Positions 16,702-24,777 of a stretch of 32,000 nucleotides of DNA are shown piece by piece. The translations under genes were made by a program, and so were the position numbers. Each line of letters opens with the position of its first letter. Within the stretch, counting starts at the first letter, position 1. A model generated the notes under the pieces. The model was given only the letters and a program-made list of their open reading frames with translations, searched no databases and was not told where the DNA came from. This DNA is from Ruminococcus albus 7 = DSM 20455 (GTDB taxonomy: Bacteria > Bacillota > Clostridia > Oscillospirales > Ruminococcaceae), in NCBI RefSeq assembly GCF_000179635.2, contig NC_014833.1, positions 2,790,001 through 2,822,000 of the forward strand, written 5' to 3'.

Positions 16702-17595
16702 TCACTTTATAGTTTTTTTCCTCTGTTTCTTCTGAACGGGTACTGCCTCTTCCTCGGCTGCCTTGTCTTCAAACAGAGCCTCTTCTTCGTTGTCGGTAGC
16801 ATCTTCGGGATTCTGCTCGCCCAGTTTATCGTAGTAAGGCTGTATAACGTGCTTACGTATAACAGGATAGCAGTTGAAACAAGCTATGAAGGTCACGAAT
16901 GTGAAGGGGAAGAACATTGCAAGTGTCAGACCTGCAGGCATAGTCGAAGGAAGTACCAGCAGCAGATAGCTGAACAGTATTATAATAAGCGAAGACACCA
17001 GTGTGTAGAGTGTCTTTTTCAGCCCTATAGGCACCAGAAACAGTGCGTTGCGGAGTATCTGCTTCATGGTAAGGTTCGTCGAGCACATCATAGGATAGAT
17101 ATAGAAGTGCATCATGAAGAACACAAGCATACACGATAGACAAAGCACATAGGGTACATACATGATACTGTTCTTCTGAGCCATAGTGCTGTACAAGGGC
17201 ACGCCAACAATAAAGCTTACTATGGCGATCGTATCAATATAGCCCATTATAAGTCCCTGCTTCAGGTTGAGTTTGAATGCCTTGCGGAAATCGTGAAGCA
17301 TGAATGTCGGACGTTCCTGAGAATAGTTCCTTACCACCCTTGTCATCGCCGCAGATGCAGGACCCATTATGCCTGATATCAACATCAGAAGCAGCCACTT
17401 CATATTACCGGTCTCTGTTATCATAACCAGCATGACGAAGATAGGTACTATGAACAGGAAGTATATAAAGTTCAGACCCATGAGTTGCCACATATGCCTG
17501 AAGTATACCTCCCAGAATTTGAAAAACGGGCGTTTCTCATGGGGCGTTTTAAGTACACCGCGCCCGGGCGTATCGTAATTTCCGAATAATCCCAT
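16702..17595 (-). CDS. YesL-like (DUF624) integral membrane protein
   Basis: N-terminus FFKFWEVYFRHMWQLMGLNFIYFLF, multiple TM helices and an acidic C-terminal tail. AAGGAG RBS. Confidence 0.7.
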   Translation of the reverse strand: MGLFGNYDTPGRGVLKTPHEKRPFFKFWEVYFRHMWQLMGLNFIYFLFIVPIFVMLVMITETGNMKWLLLMLISGIMGPASAAMTRVVRNYSQERPTFMLHDFRKAFKLNLKQGLIMGYIDTIAIVSFIVGVPLYSTMAQKNSIMYVPYVLCLSCMLVFFMMHFYIYPMMCSTNLTMKQILRNALFLVPIGLKKTLYTLVSSLIIILFSYLLLVLPSTMPAGLTLAMFFPFTFVTFIACFNCYPVIRKHVIQPYYDKLGEQNPEDATDNEEEALFEDKAAEEEAVPVQKKQRKKTIK

Positions 17596-17634
17596 TTTAC
17601 ACTCCTTGATATTAGTCCGATGGGGTATTCCCCG

Positions 17635-18258
17635 TCAGACCAGCTTTTCTATGAATATATGACAGCAGACTGTATCCGCACCTGCTGCCAGTGTCAGCAC
17701 AGCCTCCGCTGCAAGCAGCCTTGCGCCGAACAGTCTTACTGCTTCGGGAAGACTCTGCTCTCCCCTGCCCGATATTATGAGCCGCAGACAGATATTTGAA
17801 AGGTTGAAAGCTTCCCTTGCCGCAGCAGCAAGCGCGAGAGTAGATATCACCGCCCCGGGTATCAGTATACCCGCTGCGTACAGCATATCTCCCCTGCCTG
17901 CCATACTGTACAGCTGTGCTGCCTTATGACCTATGCCCATACCTCTCAGCATGAGCAGCAGCACTTCAAAGGGCTGACCCACCGCACACATACCGGCGGC
18001 AGCAAGTCCAAGTAAAAATACTGTGCTGCCAAGCAGTGAGCCTGCCATCACCCGCCCGAGATCGGTCTGAAAAAGACTTTGTATCTCAGCGGAGCGGAAT
18101 ATAAGTCTGTCTGCCTGAGTATCACGCGAAAGCATGAAGCACATCGTCCCGATGAGCACGCCTGTAAGTGACGCGGCACACATGAACGCGAACACACCTC
18201 CGCCGTATGACGTTTTGCCGTAATCTGTCCTGCAGGGGCTTGTCTGCATATACATCAC
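17635..18258 (-). CDS. Polytopic membrane protein, SpoIIM-like (stage II sporulation protein M family)
   Basis: ~205 aa with about five TM helices. Size and hydrophobicity pattern resemble SpoIIM; I see no diagnostic motif. The start is ambiguous (GTG 18258, ATG 18255 or ATG 18249). Confidence 0.45.
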   Translation of the reverse strand: MMYMQTSPCRTDYGKTSYGGGVFAFMCAASLTGVLIGTMCFMLSRDTQADRLIFRSAEIQSLFQTDLGRVMAGSLLGSTVFLLGLAAAGMCAVGQPFEVLLLMLRGMGIGHKAAQLYSMAGRGDMLYAAGILIPGAVISTLALAAAAREAFNLSNICLRLIISGRGEQSLPEAVRLFGARLLAAEAVLTLAAGADTVCCHIFIEKLV

Positions 18259-18309
18259 CTCTAAGATAATGTATGCACCCCACAGTAGAAAAATTCGGCT
18301 TTCGGTATA

Positions 18310-19113
18310 TTATTCTGCCAGTTCGTAAGCCCTCTTTGTACAAGCCTCACAGCACTCTCTTACAGCCTTGCCGATATCGTTTGCCCTGAGCTTTTCAAGA
18401 CCTGCTATGGTAGTGCCGCCCTTTGAGGACACCATAGTTATCAGCTCATCAAGAGTTCTGCCGCTGTCAGTGATCATCTTAGCGGAGCCGATGAGTGACT
18501 TTGCAAAAAGATCGGTAGCAGCCTTTTCATCAATGCCTACGCTCTTAGCGTAATCAATGAAGCACTGGGCATAGAGATATATGAAAGCAGGTGAAGAACC
18601 GTTTATGGCGATCACCTCTTTCATCTTATCCTTTGGCAGTACGGAATATATTCCGCATGAACCGAATATCCTGCATACCAGTGCGAACTCTTCTTCGGTA
18701 ACACTGTCGGACTTAGCCAGTGCAGTTGCACCCTCACCAAGAAGCAGAGGTGTATTGGGCATTACCATTACTACCTTAGCGCCTTCAATGGTCTTGGCTG
18801 CTATCTTGTCATCTGTAACGCCTGCACATATAGATACTATAACTTTATCCTTCGTTACTTCGTTCTTTATCTTAGCAAGTACTTCATCAAGCTGCTGGGG
18901 CTTTATAGCAAGGAACACACAATCGCACTGTGCTGTGAGCTCAGCTTCGCTGTTAACGCCCTTAACGCCCATAGCTGCTGCTCTTTCAAGGGCTGCCTCG
19001 CTGCAGTCGTAGGCATAAAGCTCTATCTCACTGCTCATGCTGCTGCCGAGGATACCTTTCATTATAGCGCTGCCCATATTGCCTGCGCCGATGAATCCTA
19101 CTTTATAACTCAT
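18310..19113 (-). CDS. proC: Pyrroline-5-carboxylate reductase
   Basis: Rossmann motif VGFIGAGNMGSAI, and a C-terminal SKGGTT...GL motif typical of ProC. Confidence 0.9.
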   Translation of the reverse strand: MSYKVGFIGAGNMGSAIMKGILGSSMSSEIELYAYDCSEAALERAAAMGVKGVNSEAELTAQCDCVFLAIKPQQLDEVLAKIKNEVTKDKVIVSICAGVTDDKIAAKTIEGAKVVMVMPNTPLLLGEGATALAKSDSVTEEEFALVCRIFGSCGIYSVLPKDKMKEVIAINGSSPAFIYLYAQCFIDYAKSVGIDEKAATDLFAKSLIGSAKMITDSGRTLDELITMVSSKGGTTIAGLEKLRANDIGKAVRECCEACTKRAYELAE

Positions 19114-19256
19114 TTAATGACACTCCCATTCAAAAAATAGATAAATATATTATATCACGCTTCACGCTATATTTCAAGTACATTTTATGAAAAATACTAT
19201 ATCCCCCGATACACCGCATCTATCGAACTTACGGTCTTCGGTAACAGTATACATAC

Positions 19257-19288
19257 AAAAAGACACCTCTGCACACAGCAGAAGTGTC
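19257..19288 (-). terminator. Terminator after the hybrid histidine kinase gene
   Basis: GACACCTCTGC (19262-19272) / GCAGAAGTGTC (19278-19288) with one mismatch. The A-run at 19257-19261 gives a T-run on the minus strand. Confidence 0.6.
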
Positions 19289-19294
19289 CTGTTA

Positions 19295-20545
19295 TCATTT
19301 GAGGAGTTTTGCAAGCTCGGAATACAGCATAGCGGGTATAACGGGCTTAGCGATATGGCTGTTCATGCCCGATGCCTTTGACTGCTCGATATCCTCGGGA
19401 TAAGAATTCGCGCTCATGGCTATTATTTTCACCGAGGTGCTGTCAGGACGTCCCAGTGCGCGTATCTTCCCTGCAGCTTCAAGACCATCCATTACAGGCA
19501 TTTTGACATCCATAAGCACAACATCGTAATATCCGGTATCAGATGCCATGAACTTTTTTAGTCCCTCATATCCGTTGCCTGCCGCATCAGTTTCAAAGCC
19601 CACACGCTTCAAAAGCTTTATCTCGAGTATGCGGTTGATGGAATGATCGTCCACCACAAGCGCACGCTTTCCGCTGAAATCATAGCTGTCGGGAGCGCTG
19701 TTCTCACCAGTCCCTGCGGCTGATGCAAGATCGCAGTCGATCTCGACCATAAACTCTGTACCCACGCCTACCTTTGATTTTACGCGGATATCACCGTCCA
19801 TGAGATCAACAAGGTTCCTGACGATAGAAAGTCCCAGACCTGTGCCCTGTATCTCGGCAGTAGCAGAAGTCCTCTCCTGTGTGAAGGGTTTGAACATATT
19901 CGCCGCAAATTCATCGGACATACCTATACCGTTATCCTTTACGGTGAATACCGTCCTTACTTTTCCGTTACCTGCTGCCAGCTGTGAAACGGTCAGCACT
20001 ACCCTGCCCTTTTCAGGTGTGTACTTTACAGCATTTGAAAGCAGGTTCATAAGTATCTGCCTCAGCCTCAGCTTATCGACCATGAGGGTATCGGCAAATA
20101 TATCATGGAATTCAGCCACGAACTCGATGCCCTTCTGTTCGGCAAGGGGGGATATGACAGATGTGATATTTTCAGCCAGTGCTTCAAGAGAATAGGCAGC
20201 GGGATAAAGCGTGAGCTTTCCGCTTTCTATCTTTGCCATATCAAGTACATCCCCAAGTATCTCCAGCTGGAACTCAGCCGATTCCCTTATCCTGGTGAAA
20301 TACTCTTTGACAGTCCTGCCGCTGCATTCCTCCTCGCCCAGCCTTGCCAGACCTATTATGGAATTCATTGGTGTACGTATATCATGGCTTGTGCGGGACA
20401 TAAAGTCCGTCACCGCCTCATAGTTCCTGCGTGCCTTTGAAAGCTCGCCTTTAAGCTCAGCGATCTCTTTCACTGCAGCCAGATACTCTTCCTCGGTATG
20501 CAAGCAAGCACCTCCCATCATAATATTTATACTATTATAACACAT
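19295..20545 (-). CDS. Cytoplasmic hybrid sensor histidine kinase / response regulator (HisKA-HATPase-REC)
   Basis: H-box SHDIRTPMNSIIGL, N/G boxes (LLSNAVKYT, DNGIGM, GTGLGLSI), and a REC domain (LVVDDHSINR...VLMDVKMPVMDG). The real start may be TTG 20503, which lies 5 nt after GGGAGGTG. Confidence 0.85.
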   Translation of the reverse strand: MCYNSINIMMGGACLHTEEEYLAAVKEIAELKGELSKARRNYEAVTDFMSRTSHDIRTPMNSIIGLARLGEEECSGRTVKEYFTRIRESAEFQLEILGDVLDMAKIESGKLTLYPAAYSLEALAENITSVISPLAEQKGIEFVAEFHDIFADTLMVDKLRLRQILMNLLSNAVKYTPEKGRVVLTVSQLAAGNGKVRTVFTVKDNGIGMSDEFAANMFKPFTQERTSATAEIQGTGLGLSIVRNLVDLMDGDIRVKSKVGVGTEFMVEIDCDLASAAGTGENSAPDSYDFSGKRALVVDDHSINRILEIKLLKRVGFETDAAGNGYEGLKKFMASDTGYYDVVLMDVKMPVMDGLEAAGKIRALGRPDSTSVKIIAMSANSYPEDIEQSKASGMNSHIAKPVIPAMLYSELAKLLK

Positions 20546-20725
20546 TATTAAGTAAATGTAAAGAGGAATATTCGTATATATTTCTCAGGATCAGCATTTC
20601 CAAAGATTACGCACTTGTTAAAACTTTGTTTTTTTATAAAATGTTTGCTTAATTATTAAGTGTTTGTATGTTATAATATATTTTAAAATATAGTAATCAT
20701 ATTTTAAAATTTAGGAGGAGTTAAT

Positions 20726-21238
20726 ATGAAAAAAGCATTATCATTAGTTCTTGCACTGGCATTGACAGCAGGCTGTACCATCAGCGCCACCGCGGAAATC
20801 AAAAAGCGGGTATACGGTGATATAAACGGTGACGGTAAAACCGATGTGACCGATATCTCACTGGCTGCGGCTTACATCAAAGGCAAAAAGCCCCTGACCG
20901 AGGAACAGCTGTTCCTGGGTGACCTGAACTACGACGAAAAGCTGAACGTCACCGACCTTGCAAAGCTGGCAAGCTACGTCAAGTGCGTTTCAGCGAATGA
21001 CGATATCATCAGCAAGATAGAGGGATTCATAAAAGACAACGATCTGCCCGCTGTAGTATACATAGGCGAGGATGAAGTCACGGGCAAGTTCGCGGTAACC
21101 GTTCTTATCAACAGTATTTTCCTTGATCCCGAGATCGACCGAAGCAAGTATGACGCGGAAGTGATCGAAAGAATAAAAGCATTCGCCAATGAAAATAGCT
21201 ATGATCCCGAAAAGATTCAGTTCATCACAGCTGAATAA
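20726..21238 (+). CDS. Secreted or lipid-anchored dockerin-domain protein
   Basis: Signal peptide with LTAGC (lipobox-compatible) and an alternative ATA/E signal-peptidase I site. Duplicated dockerin calcium loops (DINGDGKTDVTD, DLNYDEKLNVTD), then ~85 aa of unknown function. Confidence 0.8.
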   Translation: MKKALSLVLALALTAGCTISATAEIKKRVYGDINGDGKTDVTDISLAAAYIKGKKPLTEEQLFLGDLNYDEKLNVTDLAKLASYVKCVSANDDIISKIEGFIKDNDLPAVVYIGEDEVTGKFAVTVLINSIFLDPEIDRSKYDAEVIERIKAFANENSYDPEKIQFITAE

Positions 21239-21426
21239 TATCATATCCTCTGCATACCCTGCAGGGGATTTTTGCTGTATAAAAGCCCGAAGAACCGCTT
21301 TATACTGTGCATTTTCACCTATGAACGAAAAATGAAACAGCAAACGAGAAATCGAGATAAACAAAGAGATTTAAAGAGAATCCAAGAGAATGAGGGATAT
21401 AAATTAAAAATTCGGCGTATTGACTA

Positions 21427-21455
21427 TTGACATTGAGGGGAAGATGTTGTATAAT
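21427..21455 (+). promoter_or_regulatory. Consensus sigma-A promoter of the rplM-rpsI operon
   Basis: TTGACA (21427-21432), 17-nt spacer, TATAAT (21450-21455). Confidence 0.7.
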
Positions 21456-21562
21456 AGCTAATGTTGCGAGTCCTGAGGGCGTGTCTTGCGTGCGTCCTGA
21501 GGCATTAACCCGGACACGGCTCAGCCGTTTGTCCCACGATATTTATTCAAGGAGGATACGAT
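21456..21562 (+). promoter_or_regulatory. ~100-nt structured 5' leader of rplM (possible L13-type ribosomal-protein leader)
   Basis: Duplicated TTGCG..GTCCTGAGG (21464-21478, 21486-21502) and a bulged 9-bp hairpin at 21512-21534 ahead of the AAGGAGG RBS. The class was not verified. Confidence 0.3.
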
Positions 21563-21991
21563 ATGTCTACTTATATGCCCAAGGCTGCGGACATCACCCG
21601 CAAGTGGTATATCATCGACGCTGAGGGTCAGTCCCTCGGTAGAGTTGCCGCTAAGGCAGCTACTATTCTTCGTGGTAAGCATAAGCCTACTTATGCACCT
21701 CACGCTGACTGCGGCGACCACGTAATCATCATCAACAGCGACAAGGCTGTTCTCACCGGTAAGAAGCTCACTCAGAAGAAGTTCTACCACCACACCGGTT
21801 GGATAGGCGGTCTGAAGGAGATCGGCTATGACAAGCTGATGGCTGAGCAGTCTGACAGAGCTATGACAATTGCTGTTGAGGGTATGCTCCCCAACAATAC
21901 ACTTGGCAGAGCTGCTGCAAAGAGACTCAGAGTTTACAAGGGTGCTGAGCATAACAATGCTGCACAGAAGCCCGAAAAGTACGAGCTGTAA
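21563..21991 (+). CDS. rplM: 50S ribosomal protein L13
   Basis: 142 aa, [16 protein letters not shown]...LRGKHKPTY... is typical of L13. Confidence 0.95.
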   Translation: MSTYMPKAADITRKWYIIDAEGQSLGRVAAKAATILRGKHKPTYAPHADCGDHVIIINSDKAVLTGKKLTQKKFYHHTGWIGGLKEIGYDKLMAEQSDRAMTIAVEGMLPNNTLGRAAAKRLRVYKGAEHNNAAQKPEKYEL

Positions 21992-22007
21992 GAAAGGAGC
22001 AATCAGA

Positions 22008-22409
22008 ATGTACGAATCCAAGCAGCCATATTTCTATGGCACAGGCAGAAGAAAGCACTCTGTTGCCCGCGTTCGTGTTTACGAGGGTACAGGTAAGGTT
22101 ACTATCAACGGCAGAGATATCGACGATTATTTCGGTCTTGAGACTCTCAAGCTGATCGTTCGTCAGCCTTTTGCTGTTACTGATACTGTTGACAAGTACG
22201 ACATCGTTTGCACTGTTACAGGCGGCGGTGTTACAGGTCAGGCAGGCGCAATCAGACATGGTCTTTCCAGAGCTCTGCTCCAGGCTAGCGATGAGTTCAG
22301 ACCTCTCCTCAAGAAGGAAGGCTTCCTCACTCGTGACCCCAGAATGAAGGAAAGAAAGAAGTACGGTCTGAAGGCTGCAAGACGTGCGCCTCAGTTCTCA
22401 AAGAGATAA
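22008..22409 (+). CDS. rpsI: 30S ribosomal protein S9
   Basis: [13 protein letters not shown]...[14 protein letters not shown]...[18 protein letters not shown]. Start at ATG 22008 (AAGGAG RBS), not the ORF-track start at 21870. Confidence 0.95.
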   Translation: MYESKQPYFYGTGRRKHSVARVRVYEGTGKVTINGRDIDDYFGLETLKLIVRQPFAVTDTVDKYDIVCTVTGGGVTGQAGAIRHGLSRALLQASDEFRPLLKKEGFLTRDPRMKERKKYGLKAARRAPQFSKR

Positions 22410-22431
22410 TTTTATCCCTGTTGGGAGTGTT

Positions 22432-22458
22432 CAAAAACACGTATTTACGCTGTTTTAT
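22432..22458 (+). repeat. Junction motif, copy 3 (TCAAAAACACGTATTTACGCTGTTTTA)
   Basis: Shares CGTATTTACGC exactly with 30855-30865, and TACGCTGTTTTA with copies 1 and 2. It lies 23 nt after the rpsI stop. Confidence 0.7.
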
Positions 22459-22498
22459 TCGGTTTGGGTTTATCTGAAATACGGTAAAATTCGGACGG

Positions 22499-22529
22499 TA
22501 ACTAACACGTAACTAACGGGTAACTAACA
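22499..22529 (+). repeat. Three tandem GTAACTAAC 9-mers with 11-bp phasing (candidate integrase arm-type sites / attL)
   Basis: Copies start at 22499, 22510 and 22521. GGTAACTAACAC recurs at 30762-30773. Confidence 0.65.
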
Positions 22530-22537
22530 AAAAAATC

Positions 22538-22572
22538 AAGGCATTCATCGGTTGATGGATGCCTTATTTTTA
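22538..22572. terminator. Bidirectional terminator
   Basis: AAGGCATTCATC (22538-22549) / GATGGATGCCTT (22554-22565), with an A-run to the left and a T-run to the right. A second 13-bp perfect hairpin lies at 22578-22611. Confidence 0.7.
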
Positions 22573-22620
22573 TATGAATAGCCGTCAAGAAATGTTTATC
22601 TTGACGGCTATCTTCGTTTA

Positions 22621-23664
22621 CTAAATAATAAGTGAAGAAATAAATCTATCCATATATGGTCTATACAGTTTTATGAAGTTCCTCATTTTATTATCAAATG
22701 TTATGCAATTTGTTATTTTGGGAATTGCTGAAACATGATCAAGACATCCCATCCAAAAGAAGTCAAATATATCATTTTTTTGAAATTTTTGTCCGTTAAG
22801 TAACCATTGAGATAGTAAAACTTGACTTGTGTATTCTTTTTGTGCCTTTGTGAATTTTGGATCAAAGACCTCAGATAATTCTTCAAATATTTTTTGTATG
22901 TTTAATGGAGCATCTGATATTACTTTTACAATCTTGGACATTTCTGGACTGTTTCCTTTATACCTTGTCGCTTGTTCAAATGCTTGATCAAATATTGTAC
23001 TAATATCAACTGGTTTTCCTTGACGATAGTATTCACATACCCACTCAATCAGTATATCTATCTTCAAACAAGCATCACGAATACAATCAATGAAAAAATT
23101 CTTAACAATTCTCTGCGGGTCATTTTTTTCATAACCTTCTTCATATGCTTGTTGTAGCAGTTTGCGGTAATTGTTGTTATTCTTTATTAGTCGTTCATAC
23201 ACAAACCTAAGTGCATATAACTGTTCATTTTGAGGTATATCTTTTTTTGAGGTTATACTCGTATAAGTGTAGATCGTTAGGATTTCATATAGAAAGAAAT
23301 GAGAAAATGCTAACTCACATTGCATTTTGGCATTAGTAATCTTATTAATATAAAGTAATGTACTTTTAGTGTTATCAAATATAGTTTGTAAATCTAATAA
23401 GTCCTTTGAAACATCATAAGTAGGAGTATTGTTCCAAATCTTGACTTTTTTATCTGCAAGAAAAGAAATTATAGATTTTATCGTTTTAGGTGAATCCTTA
23501 AAATGTACTACCATTTCCATGTATGCACTTGATGGTAACGCTATATCGCTTATTTTTTCGCATACACTTCGCAATTTGCTTATATCGATATTTGGTGGAA
23601 TAGGTTGTCCTAATTTTTCATTGCCATAAAAGTAATATAAAGCGTTTGCATCCAGAAATAACAT
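22621..23664 (-). CDS. Hypothetical 347-aa protein, PIN-like nuclease motifs split by a ~240-aa helical insert
   Basis: MLFLDANALYYF (D5), YMEM (E50), NDIFDFFWMGCL (D298/D301) and ITFDNKMRNF (D324). AAGGGAG RBS. Very AT-rich. The family was not recognised. Confidence 0.55.
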   Translation of the reverse strand: MLFLDANALYYFYGNEKLGQPIPPNIDISKLRSVCEKISDIALPSSAYMEMVVHFKDSPKTIKSIISFLADKKVKIWNNTPTYDVSKDLLDLQTIFDNTKSTLLYINKITNAKMQCELAFSHFFLYEILTIYTYTSITSKKDIPQNEQLYALRFVYERLIKNNNNYRKLLQQAYEEGYEKNDPQRIVKNFFIDCIRDACLKIDILIEWVCEYYRQGKPVDISTIFDQAFEQATRYKGNSPEMSKIVKVISDAPLNIQKIFEELSEVFDPKFTKAQKEYTSQVLLSQWLLNGQKFQKNDIFDFFWMGCLDHVSAIPKITNCITFDNKMRNFIKLYRPYMDRFISSLII

Positions 23665-23686
23665 ATTATACTCCCTTTCTTCCTCT

Positions 23687-23719
23687 ATACCGCTGAGAGA
23701 ATAAATCCCTCAGCGGTAT
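23687..23719. other. 11-bp-stem hairpin between the integrase stop and the 347-aa ORF start
   Basis: ATACCGCTGAG (23687-23697) / CTCAGCGGTAT (23709-23719). No T-run on either strand. Confidence 0.4.
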
Positions 23720-23727
23720 CTTTATGC

Positions 23728-24777
23728 CTATATCCTATTGATAGCCTCCAACAGCTCCTGCACATTAACGTGCGTATAGACCTTCTCGGTCAGTGACATT
23801 GCACCCGAATGACCGACGATCTTCTTTATCAGCGTAGGCGATACCTCTTTCTCGGTCATCATCGAGATGCAGGTGTGACGAGTATCGTGCGGCTTGTGGG
23901 AGCAGCCGATCAGCTCCATAACAGGTGTCCAGTAGGAATCGTAGTAGTTGCGGTAGATGAACTGCTTGCCGTCGGGAGTATGGAGCAGATATTCGTTGCC
24001 GTCCTCGTACCACTTCTTGAAGAACGGATAAGTCCTGTCGTGTATCGGTACAACACGGATACCGCTTTCGGTTTTACTTTCCACAACCTTGAAGCAATGC
24101 TCCTCGATGTTGACGTTCTCACGTTTCAGGTCGAGCAGCTCGGACACACGAACTCCGCTGTATATCAGCATGAGGACGATCTGAGCGTAGATGTTGCTTT
24201 CCTGCACCCACAGAGCATCAATTTCTTCCTTACTGAAAGGAGAGCGGTCTGTCTTGTTCGGGTTCTTGTCCTTGAACTTGATAATATCCACATACTCAGA
24301 GTAGTCTTTCATGCAGATCTCATACTTCATGGCATACTCATACATCTGGCTGAAAAGCACTTTCAGCTTGCGGAGCGTCGGATAGTTCTTACCGCAGTTG
24401 TCTACAACACCCTGCAAGTCAGTCAGCTTCAAATCCTTGAACACTCTGTCGTGCAGGGGTTCACAGGTATTATATGACGCTTTGTAGGCTTTGGCGTTGC
24501 TGTCCGAGATCGTGGGGAACTTCTCCGCCGACCACTTCTCAAAGACTTCGGCAAAAGTGATTTTGGAGGCTTCAATGTCATAAGGATTCTTATTGTAGTC
24601 CATGAGCATTTCAAGCCCTTTAGCCCTGGTCGGCGCATAGCCGATAGTGATGTACTGCTGTTTACGCTTGCCTGTCTTTGTGTCAATATCCCAGCCCACC
24701 GTCTTGCGGACAATGTAGGGATTACGCCTGTTGCCCGACAGCTTGTATACAGTGCCAACACCGTTAGCTAACTTCAT
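23728..24777 (-). CDS. int: Tyrosine site-specific integrase (phage-integrase family with N-terminal arm-binding domain)
   Basis: 349 aa. Catalytic signature R (GVRVSELL), HxxR (HDTRHTCISMM) and H...Y (GHSGAMSLTEKVYTHV). The N-terminus VYKLSGNRRNPYIVR is arm-binding-like. Confidence 0.9.
   Translation of the reverse strand: MKLANGVGTVYKLSGNRRNPYIVRKTVGWDIDTKTGKRKQQYITIGYAPTRAKGLEMLMDYNKNPYDIEASKITFAEVFEKWSAEKFPTISDSNAKAYKASYNTCEPLHDRVFKDLKLTDLQGVVDNCGKNYPTLRKLKVLFSQMYEYAMKYEICMKDYSEYVDIIKFKDKNPNKTDRSPFSKEEIDALWVQESNIYAQIVLMLIYSGVRVSELLDLKRENVNIEEHCFKVVESKTESGIRVVPIHDRTYPFFKKWYEDGNEYLLHTPDGKQFIYRNYYDSYWTPVMELIGCSHKPHDTRHTCISMMTEKEVSPTLIKKIVGHSGAMSLTEKVYTHVNVQELLEAINRI

Noticed and set aside
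16675-17139. 154-aa plus-strand ORF, and similar antisense ORFs inside lon, pfkA, proC, the histidine kinase, the integrases and the primase
   Set aside because: All lie antisense to or overlap genes with clear family motifs, and they lack RBSs. They are shadow ORFs.
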